Origin: Vicugna vicugna
Lineage: Eukaryota
DNA length: 64,000 nt
Assembly (NCBI GenBank): GCA_013265495.1
Contig: MU057936.1
Coordinates: 1 to 64,000, forward strand
Direction of reading: 5' to 3'
Made by a program: the position numbers and the translations under genes. Under the pieces are notes generated by a model. That model was not told the origin of the DNA and ran no database searches. It was given only the letters and a program-made list of their open reading frames with translations. Below are positions 51,791-64,000 of this stretch, in pieces (within the stretch, counting starts at the first letter, position 1; each line of letters starts with the position of its first letter).

Positions 51791-52479
51791 TCTGGGAACA
51801 GCTACTCATTCCCTCTAATAGGCATGAGTAAGTTTCTTTGATCCCTAGACCCTCCTTTGGTAACCCCAGCAGCTGGAGCATGAAGTCTTGAATTACAAAC
51901 CAGAGTCTTCAGACCTGGTGCCCCTTCATTGGAGCAGTGGACAGAGACTGAAAGCACCAACTGAAGCATCCAAGAAATGAAGTCACAAGAGAGGCAGGAT
52001 AATTTTTTAATGAGGGGAAACTGCTCTCTTCAATTACCAAATTCACATCAGTATTGCTTTAAAAAGTGGATTCAGTGATGTAAAACTGTCACTGTATTAA
52101 ATTTCCTAGGTGCTATAGAGAAGAAAGAATTTAGGTTAAAGTCAAGCAAACTGATGCTTGTCCAAGATCCCTTCAGTAGCTTTCCTTCTCCTGGTCCACT
52201 GTCTGTTCCCACTGCTTAAATGACAAGGGTGCAAATGAGGCAGCTGTGATCTGTAACTGCTCAGTCAGGGATCAGTGACGCTGCAAGAGGAGAAACGGTC
52301 CTGCACCTGTCATGTGAATACCCTCTTCCTTAGTCATATCTAATCATACTTTGAAAAAGAAATAAATTATATTACAGTTCCCTTTACATGTTATCTTTTG
52401 CTTTCAGTGGACCCATTAACTGGCTCCTTTGTAAGCAGATCATGTCAATTCATAAATGTCAATTCTAGATTTTCAGATT

Positions 52480-52812
52480 CTGCAGCATTATTCACAATAG
52501 TCACAATTTGGAAACAACTCGGATGTCCGTTGACAGATGAATGGGAAAAGAATATATGGTATACACATACAATGGAATATTATTTATCCTCAAAAAAGAA
52601 GGAGATTCCATCATTTGTGACAACATGGACGAACCTGGAGGATGTTATACTAAGTGAAATAGGCCAATTACAGCAGGGCAAATGCTACACGATTCCACTT
52701 ATATTAGGTACCTGAAGTAGTTAAACTCATAGAAGCAAATAATAGAATGGTGGTTATGAGGGGCCAAGGGAGGAGAAAATACAGGGTTGTTCAGTTGGTA
52801 TAAAAAGTTATG
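52480..52812 (+). mobile_element. L1MA-like 3' fragment
   Basis: AALFTIVTIWKQLGCPLTDEW..MEYY.. ORF2 C-terminus and 3' UTR. Confidence 0.85.
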
Positions 52813-54482
52813 TCTAATCTAGAAGAGTATATTTAAAAGATGAATAATGGTGGTGATAGAGTTGGAGAGGTTCATGCACATGCAAAAAAAAAAAGGGAGA
52901 ATAAGAAGAAATGATGAAAGGGTGTCCTAAGACAAGGTTCCTCTATCATTTTGCTCGTATTATAGATAAAAGTAGCCAGGTTTTTGTGTAGAAATTCCCT
53001 ACATTATTACTGTTGGATATGCTTTAGAAGTAGATGAAATTGGTGATCTGAATTTATCATTGCAAATCCTAGATTTTTCATCCCTGTCTCTGCCGAAATT
53101 CTGCACAGAATCCAGTTTAGCAAAAACTTCGGCATGCCAGAAATGAAATAGTAAAAAAAAGAAGCAAACTCTGTTGCAGGAATCAGCTATGTAATAATCA
53201 CTGACAACTCTGCCACAAATATGACAATAAGAACACCCTGCATTTGAGCAATCACATCCATATTACGAGGGAAAATGAGCAAGGCTCCTCATTTATGAGC
53301 CAAACCCATTTCCGGAGGGGCATATATTTTCACTAATATTGGAATTTAAAAATGAAACCAACCTGGCTTCTTTTTATTTTGTGCAAGTGGAAGATGAACG
53401 GGGGGGAGAAACAGGAGTAATTGGAAGTTATTGGAAGATCGGTGGCTGCAGTGGGGAGTGTATTGTGTTTGACATTTGATATTTCTGAGAAATCCCTGAT
53501 TCTGCAGTGAAGTGTCATCCCCGCCCCCATCCTCACAGTTCTGTGTGTTCACGTGAGATGATGCCACAATCTGGCAAGACCACATCTCTCCTCGACTCGC
53601 TGCTGTTTCATTCCGGCTATTTGGAAATATGTGCCTGTTGCTGCTGTGATCCCAAGATGAGTCAGGAATGTTGATTTATCAGTGTGTGTTCTTCCAAACT
53701 GGCCTTTCTTTGGCAGTCTATTTCAGCAAAGGCAGTAAGAACGAATCGTATTATCCAAACAGAGAGAAATAAAATCACAGCTGGGCGGTATCTCGGCAGC
53801 AGGCGTCTCATCGCGAGCGTTCCCATACTGTCTGGCTGATGGGTCCCTAAACTGCCTGATGCCGAGAAACTTCTGTCACTAGATATCACTGCGAATTGGA
53901 ATGAGAGGACTTCCGTGATCTCAGACAGCCTTAGAGACATGTCTCCGCATGGCCTTTCCCTGGACTTAACCTGGCTCAGAGTGTGACTCGGTGACACGTC
54001 TACCTTTGTTCCCTTCCCCCAGGGAAGTGTCATTCTCCTGCCTCGTGACTGTGAAAACACAGGCGCATGGGGTGTCCATTGGCTCCCACAGTCAGACACA
54101 CAGGCAGCGCCATAGCACGCAGGTGGTTATGCTGTTGTTCTGAAAACGGTTCCATCACAGAGCATCCTTGGGCCTGACTTAGGAGTTCAGCTTGGCGGCT
54201 GCAGTGGAAACTGAGTGAAAATCTGGGAGTAGGCAGGACAGAAAGAAGGACCATCACGTCTTGCTAGGGTGGCAAGCCCACTCAGATAACTGTCATTTTC
54301 TATTTCCGTAATGTCACCCACCCTCACTGTGGCACATCTCGCTCCACAGCTTGTGCTCCTGTTCAGAATGTGTGTTGCTCTTGGTCTTCAGCAAGAGAAC
54401 GTCTTTGCCATTTAGCGAGTCACATTACTCCTAAGATGTGATTTATGGAGGGAAATCATATCATGATTTTAACACTGCCACT

Positions 54483-55230
54483 TTACTCTGTGCAACCATC
54501 TGACCACATTGCATTCATCAGATTAAAATAAAACAGATATTTATTTGAGCAAAGGAGAATCTCCCCTGTGCCTCTCTCGAAATAGTAGAGGGTTTTTTTT
54601 TGTCATAAAATTACTCTCTGCAGACATGGCTGTCCACAGAGACTTGTGGATGGTGGGGATTTAGAAGATCAGGGTTTCCAGGGAAGTGGAGACTACAGGC
54701 TAGTTCGACCTGTCTCCATTTCCCCACGGAGTTCCCACAGCCTGGTGAACGCCCCAGGGCCTGTAATGAGAAGGCAGACGTGAAGAACTTCTTTCTGATT
54801 CATTTGGACTCGAATGAAAGAGCCCCTGCGGCCTCTGTCACCGTGGATTGACTGTGACTTACTCTGTGCAACCATCTAACCACTTTGCATTCATCAGATT
54901 AAAATAAAACATTTATTTGAGCAAAGGAGAATCTCCCCTTTGCCTCTCTCGAAATAGTAGAGGGTTTTTTTTTTTGTCATAAAATTACTCTCTGTAGACA
55001 TGGCTGTCCACAGAGACTTGTGGATGGTGGGGATTTAGAAGATCAGGGTTTCCAGGGAAGTGGAGACTACAGGCTAGTTCGACCTGTCTCCATTTCCCCA
55101 CGGAGTTCCCACAGCCTGGTGAACGCCCCAGGGCCCATAATGAGAAGGCAGACGTGAAGAACTTCTTTCTGATTCATTTGGACTCGAATGAAAGAGCCCC
55201 TGCGGCCTCTGTCACCGTGGATTGACTGTG
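54483..55230. repeat. Tandem duplication of ~375 bp of unique sequence (54483-54856 and 54859-55230)
   Basis: Both copies run ttactctgtgcaaccatct...ccgtggattgactgtg; about 6 substitutions and 2 indels. Confidence 0.97.
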
Positions 55231-56105
55231 TTCTCTCTGGCCTCCCAGGCCTCCAGGCCGTCCCTCAGGGGCACGACAGCTGCACCCCAGCGCCCCTGTC
55301 CCCACACCCGCAGTGGCTGCCAGTCACTTAGGGGATCAGGCTCAGACTCCCCAGGCCCTCTGAGCTCTCCAGACCCCAGCAATCTTCACCTGCTCGATTG
55401 CTCCGCTCTTCAGTCCCACATCCTGTCAAGTATTCAACTTCTTATTCACTGTTATTTGTCTCCACACTTGTTTCATGACGTGTGACTCACCTGGAACCTC
55501 CATCTTCAGGCCACTGCATGTCATTCCCTGCCTGGACCTACCCTTCACCAGATCTCCTACAGACTTCACAGTGCAGCTCAGGGTGGATGGTTTCCTTGGA
55601 TGGTTTAATGTCTATGTGGCTATTCTAGTTCTCATGAAGCATTCTCTCTGTGAACTCTGTACCACACTGTTTGGCACTTTGTTACTGAATCACCTAATCT
55701 TTTTATTATCACCTAATCTTTTATTATCACCTAAACATTTCATAGACACAGTCTTATCCTTTAAATGTGATATTCTACACTTATTTGTTATTCCAGTGAA
55801 TAGCTATTACTCTCCTACCATGGGTCAAATACTGTGTTAAGAACTGTAGATGAAACAAAATGTAAAATATATGACCTCTACTTTCAAGGGGATTGGATAC
55901 TTAGGCACACGGAGAAATAACTACCAGGAGGAAGAGGATGCTGTGTCATGATGATTATGTGAAGAAGCTTGTAGAAATGAGTGTTAGAAACTCAAAACCA
56001 AGTAACAGTGAACATGTCTCTAAAATTAATAAATGAAAATGCAGAGATATCTAGTCTCAGCCAACCAGACAAATATTCTCAGCAAAGTAGTTTTAATAAA
56101 TTCTT

Positions 56106-56172
56106 TTTTTTAACATTTTTTATTGATTTATAATCATTTTACAATGTTGTGTCAAATTCCAGTGTTCAGCAC
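56106..56172 (-). mobile_element. 67-bp young L1 3'-end insertion
   Basis: Perfect TSD ataaattctt at 56096-56105 and 56173-56182; caatgttgtgtcaaattccagtg. Confidence 0.92.
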
Positions 56173-56521
56173 ATAAATTCTTATAGAATGAAAAAAAATG
56201 TTAACACTTTACATGTTGATGTGGATAAAATTTTTTAAACTATTTTTCAGTTCCAACCTTTGAACTTTTGGAAGTACACCCACATTTGGCAGCCCTTTCC
56301 AATCACTACATTTTAATTTTTAAGTTGAAGTTTTATAAAGGCAGACAATGACTAGAAATTGTCCATTGCTGGAAATACCATGAGATGAAAATGTCTCTGA
56401 CTTGAAAATGGAAAAAAACGAATTTAGACCTACTAACCCCATTATCCATATAAAAACATCAAAAGCAAGAAGCACTCATTAAGCACGGATTATGGGCCAA
56501 AGATTGTGCAGTGTAGGGCGG

Positions 56522-56920
56522 TGTATCAGTTAGTTTTGTGGCGTGAAGTAAATGCCACACTCAGAAAGTGGTAATTTAGTGAAAGGCAGGGTTAAGACGA
56601 ACTGATACAGGACAGTGACGGATCCCAGTGCTAGTGACAGTGGAGCACAGACAGCAGCTAGGTGTGACGAGGCCAGGGGAGTTAGCCGCTGGAACCTCAC
56701 GAGACGTACTTGCTGTGAGTGAGAGCCACCCGACAGAAACTCAAGTCCTTGGGGAAAGAAAGCAGCTAGTACAAAATCCTGGCCCAAGAGACAGGAGGCC
56801 CACAGAATGTATACCCTGATCGCCTGTTGGTGTCTCACGTTGCCAAAACCCAACCAGAGCCAGCCCAATTGATATAACCCATCGAGGTCAGCCTCCTGGA
56901 CACAGAGCATGGTGGCATGG
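56522..56920 (-). mobile_element. Old ERVL-type LTR (LTR33-like)
   Basis: ccaaaacccaaccagagccag...gaggtcagcctcctggacacagagca motif. Confidence 0.45.
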
Positions 56921-57489
56921 TTAACAGGTGGCGTTCTAAAGGAACTTCCTGTCTCAGTGCCTATTAGGAAAGTTTAATGCTGATGACAAGGTGGGTGAGA
57001 GATTCTTCGGTAAATGGGCTAGAAAGCTAGATGGCCTTTCTTTTGAGATTTGTTTGGGTATGACTAATCCTAGGGGAGTGAAAAGCCACTTTGAATTTTA
57101 ATAGCAATAACTTTGGAGGTATATGGTACTCCAGGGTAGCCCGTTCTGTCACAGGTACTGCAGCAGTTTTGGAAAACAGTTTGGAAACCTTGGTAAACGT
57201 GTCCTCAAACAATAAAGCTCCAGCCAAAGCCCAGAGAGCAAGAAAGAAGATAATAGATGTTGTTTTAAAATAATTTCTCTTTTTCTTTGGTATGAAAGTA
57301 AGGTAATGAAGAGAAGATTATTGTATAATAGTGATTGACTAGAACTGTGTGAAAAGGGCACTTCTCATGGCAAGGGAGGCTGAAGAAGCAAGCACTTTAG
57401 CTGCACACGTTGCCTGGGCAACGTCATGGTTATGTTAGTAAAAAAAAAAAGAGCGGAAGATAGATCCTAGGTGGGCAACAAGCATGAAA

Positions 57490-57610
57490 ATGCCCATCTT
57501 CCCATTGTGCATATGAAGAATAAGGCTCAGACGTTTTAAGCTGCTTTCCCAAGTCATAGAAGAGATGAGATTTTTAACACAGAGCTGACTGATTGAAAAC
57601 ATTTGTTTTT
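57490..57610 (-). mobile_element. MIR fragment
   Basis: cccattgtgcatatgaagaataaggctcagacgttttaagctgctttcccaagtcata. Confidence 0.55.
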
Positions 57611-58018
57611 TTCCTTCAAACCAGACTAGGAGAGCAAAAATCTACCCCTTCATTTGCCTAGGGAATCACTTCTTGAAAGCTAAAGAATAGATTCTTTACT
57701 TAAAACCACATAATCAGTGGAAAAGCCATACTAGCACATGGTCTTCCGTATATCTACCTGTAGTTTTTTTTAACTTAAAAATCACTGCTTCACATTTGTA
57801 TTTTTCAGAAACCACATTGGTGAATGCCTGTAATTAATTCCTTTAATGTATTATTAGTACCTACCAGATATTCTGCTGCAAAATCCTATGATTCTCCTGA
57901 GGCTACATATACCTTGTTTGATTTGTCAGCATAATGTTGTGTCTGGTTTGCAGCTCATACACATGAGGTCATCTGTAAGCTTATTCTACTTCCTGCCTCC
58001 CACTTTCTATCTCATTTT

Positions 58019-58315
58019 TTAAAAACTGAAGTACAGTCAGTTACAATGTGTCAGTTTCTGCTGTACAGCACAATGTCTCAGTCATGCACAGTCATACATA
58101 TATTTGTTTTCCTATTGTTCATTAAAGGTTATTACAGAATATTGAATATAGTTCCCTGTGCTATACAGAAAAAACATTTTTAAAATATTTTTATATATAG
58201 TGGCTAACATTTGTAAATCAAACTCCCAAATTTATCCCTTCCCACCCTCTTTCCCCAGTAACCATAAGATTGCTTACTATGTCTGCAAGTCTGTTTCTGT
58301 TTTGTAGATGAGTTG
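58019..58315 (-). mobile_element. Short L1 3'-UTR insertion
   Basis: TSD tctatctcatttt (58006-58018) / tctgtctcatttt (58316-58328). Confidence 0.85.
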
Positions 58316-58439
58316 TCTGTCTCATTTTTAAAATTTGTATTATATATAATGTCAGAATATATAATATTTAAACCTTATCCTGGCATGCTATTTCAAACCA
58401 TTGTTTTAACTTTAAATATATAATTTCATCTGTTTATCA

Positions 58440-58798
58440 ACAGTCTTTTTGTCAGAGTTTTCCTCATCATCACTAGTTGACAAAAGCTCATCCTCTAGGT
58501 TATTCCTCAGGGAAAGGTTCAAGACAATATCACCTTGGTTACTGAGTGTTTTCAACTCTTGAAGGACAGTTTGCTTGGATACAAAATCATTAGCTGAAAC
58601 TGTTTTTAGAAATATAGTCTTACTTCATTGTTTTCTGTCATTTAATGGTGCTACTGAAAACGATCTAGTACCAACCCAGTTTTCTTGGCCAAAGAATTAT
58701 TTCTTCATCTTAAAAGTTCAGTGATTTTTACCAGGATATATCTTGAGATTTATTATTCTGAATAATTTTCATCAGGTACATGGTGTTGCCATTCAATA
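58440..58798 (-). mobile_element. HAL1-like ancient LINE remnant
   Basis: ttgaaggacagtttgcttggatacaaaat...aaagttcagtgattttaccaggatatatcttg. Confidence 0.5.
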
Positions 58799-60524
58799 GT
58801 TTTTTTAAACTTTTTTATTGAGTTATAATCATTTTACAATGTTGTGTCAAATTCCAGTGTAGACCACAGTTTTTCAGTTATACATGAACATATATATATT
58901 CGTTATTACATTTTTTTTTCTGTGAGCTACCATAGGATCTTGTATATATTTCCCTGTGCTATACAGTATAATCTTGTTTATCTATTCTACATTTTGAAAT
59001 CCCAATCTGTCCCTTCCCACCCCCAACCCCTTTGGCAACCACAAGTTGGTATTCTATGTCTATGAGTCTGTTTCTCTTTTGTATTTTTGTTTTTGTTTTT
59101 GTTTTTGTTTTAGATTCCACATATGACCGATCTCATATGGTATTTTTCTTTCTCTTTCTGGCTTACTTCACTTAGAATGACATTCTCCAGGAGCATCCAT
59201 GTTGCTGCAAATGGCGTTATGTTGTCAGTTTCTATGGCTGAATAATATTCCATTGTATAAATATACCACACCTTCTTTATCCAGTCATCTGTTGATGGAC
59301 ATTTAGGTTGTTTCCATGTCTGGGCTATTGTAAATAGTGCTGCTATAAACATTGGGGTGCAGGTGTCATTATGAAGTAGAGTTCCTTCTGGATATATGCC
59401 CAGGGGCAGGATTTCTGGGCCATATGGTAAGTTTATTCCTAGTCATTTGAGGAATCTCCATACTGTTTCCGACAGTGGCTGTACCAAACTGCATTCCCAC
59501 CAGCAGTGTAGGAGAGTTCCCTTTTCCCCACAACCTCTCCAGCACTTGTCACTTGTGGATTTTTGAATGATGGCCATTCTGACTGGTGTGAGGTGATACT
59601 TCATTGTAGTTTTGATTTGCATTTCTCTGATAATAGGTGATATTGGGCATTTTTTCATGTGCCTATTGATCATTGGTATGTCTTCCTTAGAGAATTGCTT
59701 GTTTAGGTCTTCTGCCCATTTTTGGATTGGGTTGTTTGTTTTTTTCTTATTAAGTAATATGAGCTGCTTATATATTCTGGAGATCAAGCCTTTGTCAGTT
59801 TCATCATTTGCAAAAATTTTCTCCCATTCCGTAGGTTGTCATTTTGTTTTGCTTATGGTTTCCTTTGCTGTACAGAAGCTTGTAAGTTCCATTAGGTCCC
59901 ATTTGTTTATTCTTGCTTTTATTTCTATTGCTGGAGCAGACTGTTCTAGGAGAACATTTTTGAGATCTATGTCAGATAATGTTTTGCCTATATTTTCTTC
60001 TAGGAGGTTTATTGTATCTTGTCTTATGTTTAAGTCTTTGATCCATTTTGAGTTGATTTTTGTGTATGGAGTGAGGGAGTGTTCTAGCTTCATTGCTTCA
60101 CATGCTGCTGTCCAGTTTTCCCAGGACCATTTGCTGAAGAGACTGTCTTTATTCCATTGTGTATTCTTGCCTCCTTTGTCGAAGATGAGTTGACCAAAAG
60201 TTTGTGGGTTCATTTCTGGGCTCTCTATTCTGTTCCATTGGTCTATATGTCTGTTTTGGTACGAATACCATGCTGTCTTGATGACTGTAGCTCTGTAATA
60301 TTGTCTGAAGTCTGGGAGAGTTATTCCTACAGCCTCTTTCTTTCTCTTCAGTAATGCTTTGGCAATTTTAGGTCTTTCATGGCTCCATATAAATTTTATT
60401 ATGATTTGTCCTAGTTCTGTGAAATATGTCCTGGGTAATTGGATAGGGATTGCATTAAATCTGTAGATTGCCTTGGGCAGTGTGACCATTTTAACAATAT
60501 TGATTCTTCCAATCCAGGAGCATG

Positions 60525-61020
60525 NNNNNNNNNNNNNNNNNNNNNNNNNNNNNNNNNNNNNNNNNNNNNNNNNNNNNNNNNNNNNNNNNNNNNNNNNNNN
60601 NNNNNNNNNNNNNNNNNNNNNNNNNNNNNNNNNNNNNNNNNNNNNNNNNNNNNNNNNNNNNNNNNNNNNNNNNNNNNNNNNNNNNNNNNNNNNNNNNNNN
60701 NNNNNNNNNNNNNNNNNNNNNNNNNNNNNNNNNNNNNNNNNNNNNNNNNNNNNNNNNNNNNNNNNNNNNNNNNNNNNNNNNNNNNNNNNNNNNNNNNNNN
60801 NNNNNNNNNNNNNNNNNNNNNNNNNNNNNNNNNNNNNNNNNNNNNNNNNNNNNNNNNNNNNNNNNNNNNNNNNNNNNNNNNNNNNNNNNNNNNNNNNNNN
60901 NNNNNNNNNNNNNNNNNNNNNNNNNNNNNNNNNNNNNNNNNNNNNNNNNNNNNNNNNNNNNNNNNNNNNNNNNNNNNNNNNNNNNNNNNNNNNNNNNNNN
61001 NNNNNNNNNNNNNNNNNNNN
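60525..61020. other. Assembly gap (496 N) over the L1 RT core
   Basis: Run of N. Confidence 1.
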
Positions 61021-62957
61021 TGTTGTTGGATTCTATTTGCTAATATTTTGGTGAGGATTTTGGCGTCTATGTTCACCAGTGATATTGGCCTATAATTCTC
61101 TTTTTTTGTAGTGTCTTTGCCTGGTTTTGGTATCAGGGTGATGGTGGCTTCATAGAATGAGTTTGGGAGTATTCCCTCCTTTTCAATCTTCTTGAAGAGT
61201 TTGAGAAGGACTGGTACGAGTTCTTCTTTGTATGTTTGGTAGAATTCCCCAGTGAAGCTGTCTGGTCCTGGACTTTTATTTGTAGGGAGGTTTTTTATTG
61301 CTATTTTGATTTCATTTCTAGTGATCGGTATGTTCAAGTGGTCAGTTTCTTCTTGATTCAGTCTTGGTGGACAGTATGTTTCCAGAAACTTGTCCATCTC
61401 CTCTAAGTTATCCAGTTTGGTTCCATATAGTTTTTCATAATATTCTCATATGATATTATGTATTTCTATTTTATTTGTTGTAATTTCTCCATTATCCTCT
61501 CTTATTTTGCTAATTTGTGCTCTCTCTTTTTTCTTCTTTGTGAGTTTGGCCAGAGGTTTGTCGATTTTATTTACTTTTTCAAAAAACCAGCTTTTGGTTT
61601 GACTGATTTTTTCTATGGTCTTTTTAATCTGTATTTTGTTTATTTCCTCCCTAATCTTTATAATTTCCTTCCTTCTGCTGCCTTTTGGGGTTTTTTGTTC
61701 TTCTTTTTCTAGTTCATTCAGCTGGTGGGTTAAGTTGTTTGTTTGAGATTGTTCTTTTTTGAGGAAGGCTTGTATCACTATAAACTTCCCTCTTAGCACT
61801 GCCTTTACTGTGTCCCATAAGTTTTGTGTGGTTGTGTTTTCATTTTCATTTGTCTCAAGGTATTTTTTAATTTCAACTTTGATTTCCTCATTGATCCATT
61901 GGTTTTTTAATAGCATGTTGTTTAATCTCCATGGTTTCCTTTTTCTCTCCTTTGTTTCTCTGTAGTTGATTTCTAGTTTCATAGCAATGTGGTCAGTAAA
62001 GATGCTTGAGATAATTTCTATCTTCTTAAAATTGTTGAGACTTCTTTTGTGCCCAAGTATATGATCAATCATAGAAAATGTTCCATGTGCACTTGAAAAG
62101 AAAGTATATCCTATTTTGGGGGGGTGTAATGCTCTGAAAATACCCACCAAATCTAATTTTTCTATTATTAATTTCTCTGTTGCCTTATTTATTTTCTGTC
62201 TGGAAGATCTGTCTAGTGATGTTAATGTGGTGTTAAAATCTCTGACTATGGTTGTATTCCCATCAATATCCCCCTTTATCTCTGTTAGTAATTCTTGTAT
62301 GTACTTAGGTGCTCCTATATTGGGTGCATATACATTAACGAGTGTAATATCCTCATCTTGTATTACTCCTTTAATCATTATAAAATGTCCTTCTTTCTCT
62401 TTTTTTATGGCCTTTGTTTTAAAGTCTTATTTTGTCTGAAATCAGTACTGCTACACCTGCTTTTTTGGCTTTCCTTTTGCATGGAATATCCTTTTCCATC
62501 TTTTCACTCTCAGTCTGTATGTGTCCTTCTCCCTAAAGTGGGTCTCTTATATGCAGCATATTGAAGGTTCTTGCTTTATTATCCAGTCTGTCACTATGTC
62601 TTTTGGTTGGAGCATTTAGTCCATTAACATTTACAGTAATTAATGATAGATGTGTGTTTATTGACATTTTGAACTTATTTTTGCAGTTGTTTTGGTATTT
62701 CCTCTTTGTTCCTTTCTTCTTTTGTGGTTTAGTAATTTTCCTTTGTATTATCATGGATTTTATCTAGTTTTTGTGACTCCCTTGTAAGTTTTTGTTTTGT
62801 GGTTATCCTTTTTTGTAAGTCTATTATCCCATTACTATAACTGTTTTTATTAAAGTTGATAGTAATATAATCTTAAACCGATCCTACCGAGAACAAAAAA
62901 TTTAAAAAGAAAGAAAAAAAAATACTATATATTTTCTTGCTTCCTTCTCCCACTCTT

Positions 62958-63121
62958 TTTTTTTAATACAAACTTTTTTTATTGAGTAATAGTCATTTTA
63001 CAGTGTTGTGTAAAATTCCAGTGTAGAGCACAATTTTTCAGTTACACATGAACATACATGCATTCATTGTCACATTCTGTTTCCCTGTGAGCCACCACAA
63101 GATCCTGTATTTATTTCCCTG
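62958..63121 (-). mobile_element. Short young L1 3'-end insertion in the inter-ORF spacer of the 58800 L1
   Basis: TSD tccttctcccactctt (62942-62957) / tccctctcccactctt (63122-63137). Confidence 0.9.
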
Positions 63122-64000
63122 TCCCTCTCCCACTCTTAATGATTTCGATGTCTTCTTTTACCATTTCATGTTTATTTCATTTGTAATTCATGAGTTATCA
63201 CCTTTCCAGTTATGAGCTTCTCATTTCTGTAGCATCCTGCTTCTTTTCTGTTTAGAGTAGACCTGTCAATATTTCTTTTAAAATGGGTTTAGTGTTGCTA
63301 AACTCTTTTAGTTTTTGCCTGTCTGTGAAATTATTTATCGCTCCTTCTATCCTAAAGGATAACCTTGTTGGATAAAGTATCCTAGGCCGCATCTTTTTTC
63401 CATTCAGGACTTTGAATATATCTTGCCACTCCCTTCTGGCCTGTAGTTTTTGTGTAGAGAAATCAGCTAAGAGCATTATGGGGTTCCCTTGTAACTCACT
63501 CTTTGATTTTCTCTTCTTGCATTTAGAATCATTTCTTTATCCTTGACTCTGGTCATCTTGATGATGATATGTCTTGGTGTGGGTCTGTTTGGGTTCTTCC
63601 TGTTTGGGACCCTCTGAGCTTCCTATACTTGGATATCTGATTCCTTCTTTAAGTTTGGGAAGTTTTCAGTCATGATTTCTTCAAAAACCTTTTCAATCCT
63701 CTTTGATCCTTCTTCCCCTTCTGGGACCCCTATTATGCGAAGATTGGGATGCTTTATATTATCCCATAGGTCCCTTATACTATTTTCGTTATTTTTAATT
63801 TGTTTATCTTGTAGTTCTTCTGAATGGGTGCTTTCTATTGTCCCGTCTTCTAGATCACTAATTCGTTCCTCTGCATTATCTAGTCAGCTTTGCCTAGCTT
63901 TTAGATCATTCCTCATCTCAGTCAATGAGTTTACGCATTGTACTTGGCTCTTCTTTATAGGTTCAATTTCATTTTTGACATATTTTATCTCTCTAAGCAC

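Larger units (their letters stand above)
58800..64000 (-). mobile_element. Young long LINE-1 running off the window end: ORF1 (stop 63252), inter-ORF spacer, ORF2 (ATG ~62667 to ~59110) with frameshifts and stops, 3' UTR
   Basis: Long open ORF2 segments (310 aa EN/tower; [31 protein letters not shown]; 216 aa; C-terminus). ORF1 C-terminus LQARREWQDIFKVL..RILYPTRLSF. Confidence 0.96.

Noticed and set aside
56522..56609. 10-bp inverted repeat tgtatcagtt/aactgataca as a MITE
   Set aside because: No TSD, and it lies at the end of a probable old LTR; consistent with chance.
59612..60193. 193-aa hydrophobic plus-strand ORF and similar ORFs elsewhere
   Set aside because: Antisense shadow of L1 ORF2.
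60411..61397. Long ORFs containing X runs
   Set aside because: Artefacts of the N gap.
59110..62667. Active L1 ORF2
   Set aside because: Broken into several ORFs by stops and frameshifts; some could be assembly errors, but intactness cannot be claimed.
1..64000. CRISPR array, operon or prokaryotic defence system; novel gene system
   Set aside because: The sequence is mammalian and repeat-dominated, with no regularly spaced repeat-spacer array and no non-transposon long ORFs.

Overview
Mammalian genomic DNA, most likely camelid (alpaca/camel type), judged from a Vic-1-like tRNA-derived SINE and young L1 3' ends that resemble camelid L1 consensuses as I recall them. It is non-coding, intergenic or deep-intronic sequence dominated by retroelements. 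It holds many layers of LINE-1 of different ages, often nested with readable target-site duplications (TSDs). It also holds a full-length processed RPL32 pseudogene inside an L1 ORF2, an ERV1-type solo LTR, MaLR LTRs, hAT MER elements, MIRs, microsatellites, a ~375-bp tandem duplication and a 496-N assembly gap. I found no recognisable functional protein-coding gene and no convincing new biological system. The most unusual observations are retrotransposition oddities: a ~1-kb hairpin formed by an L1 inserted antisense at the homologous position of another L1; an L1 5' UTR inverted inside an L1 3' UTR; an ORF1/ORF2-scrambled L1; a twin-primed insertion; and a TSD-flanked tail-only insertion. 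A few weak candidate exons and regulatory motifs are also listed. Repeat subfamily names come from recalled consensus similarity, not from a database search.
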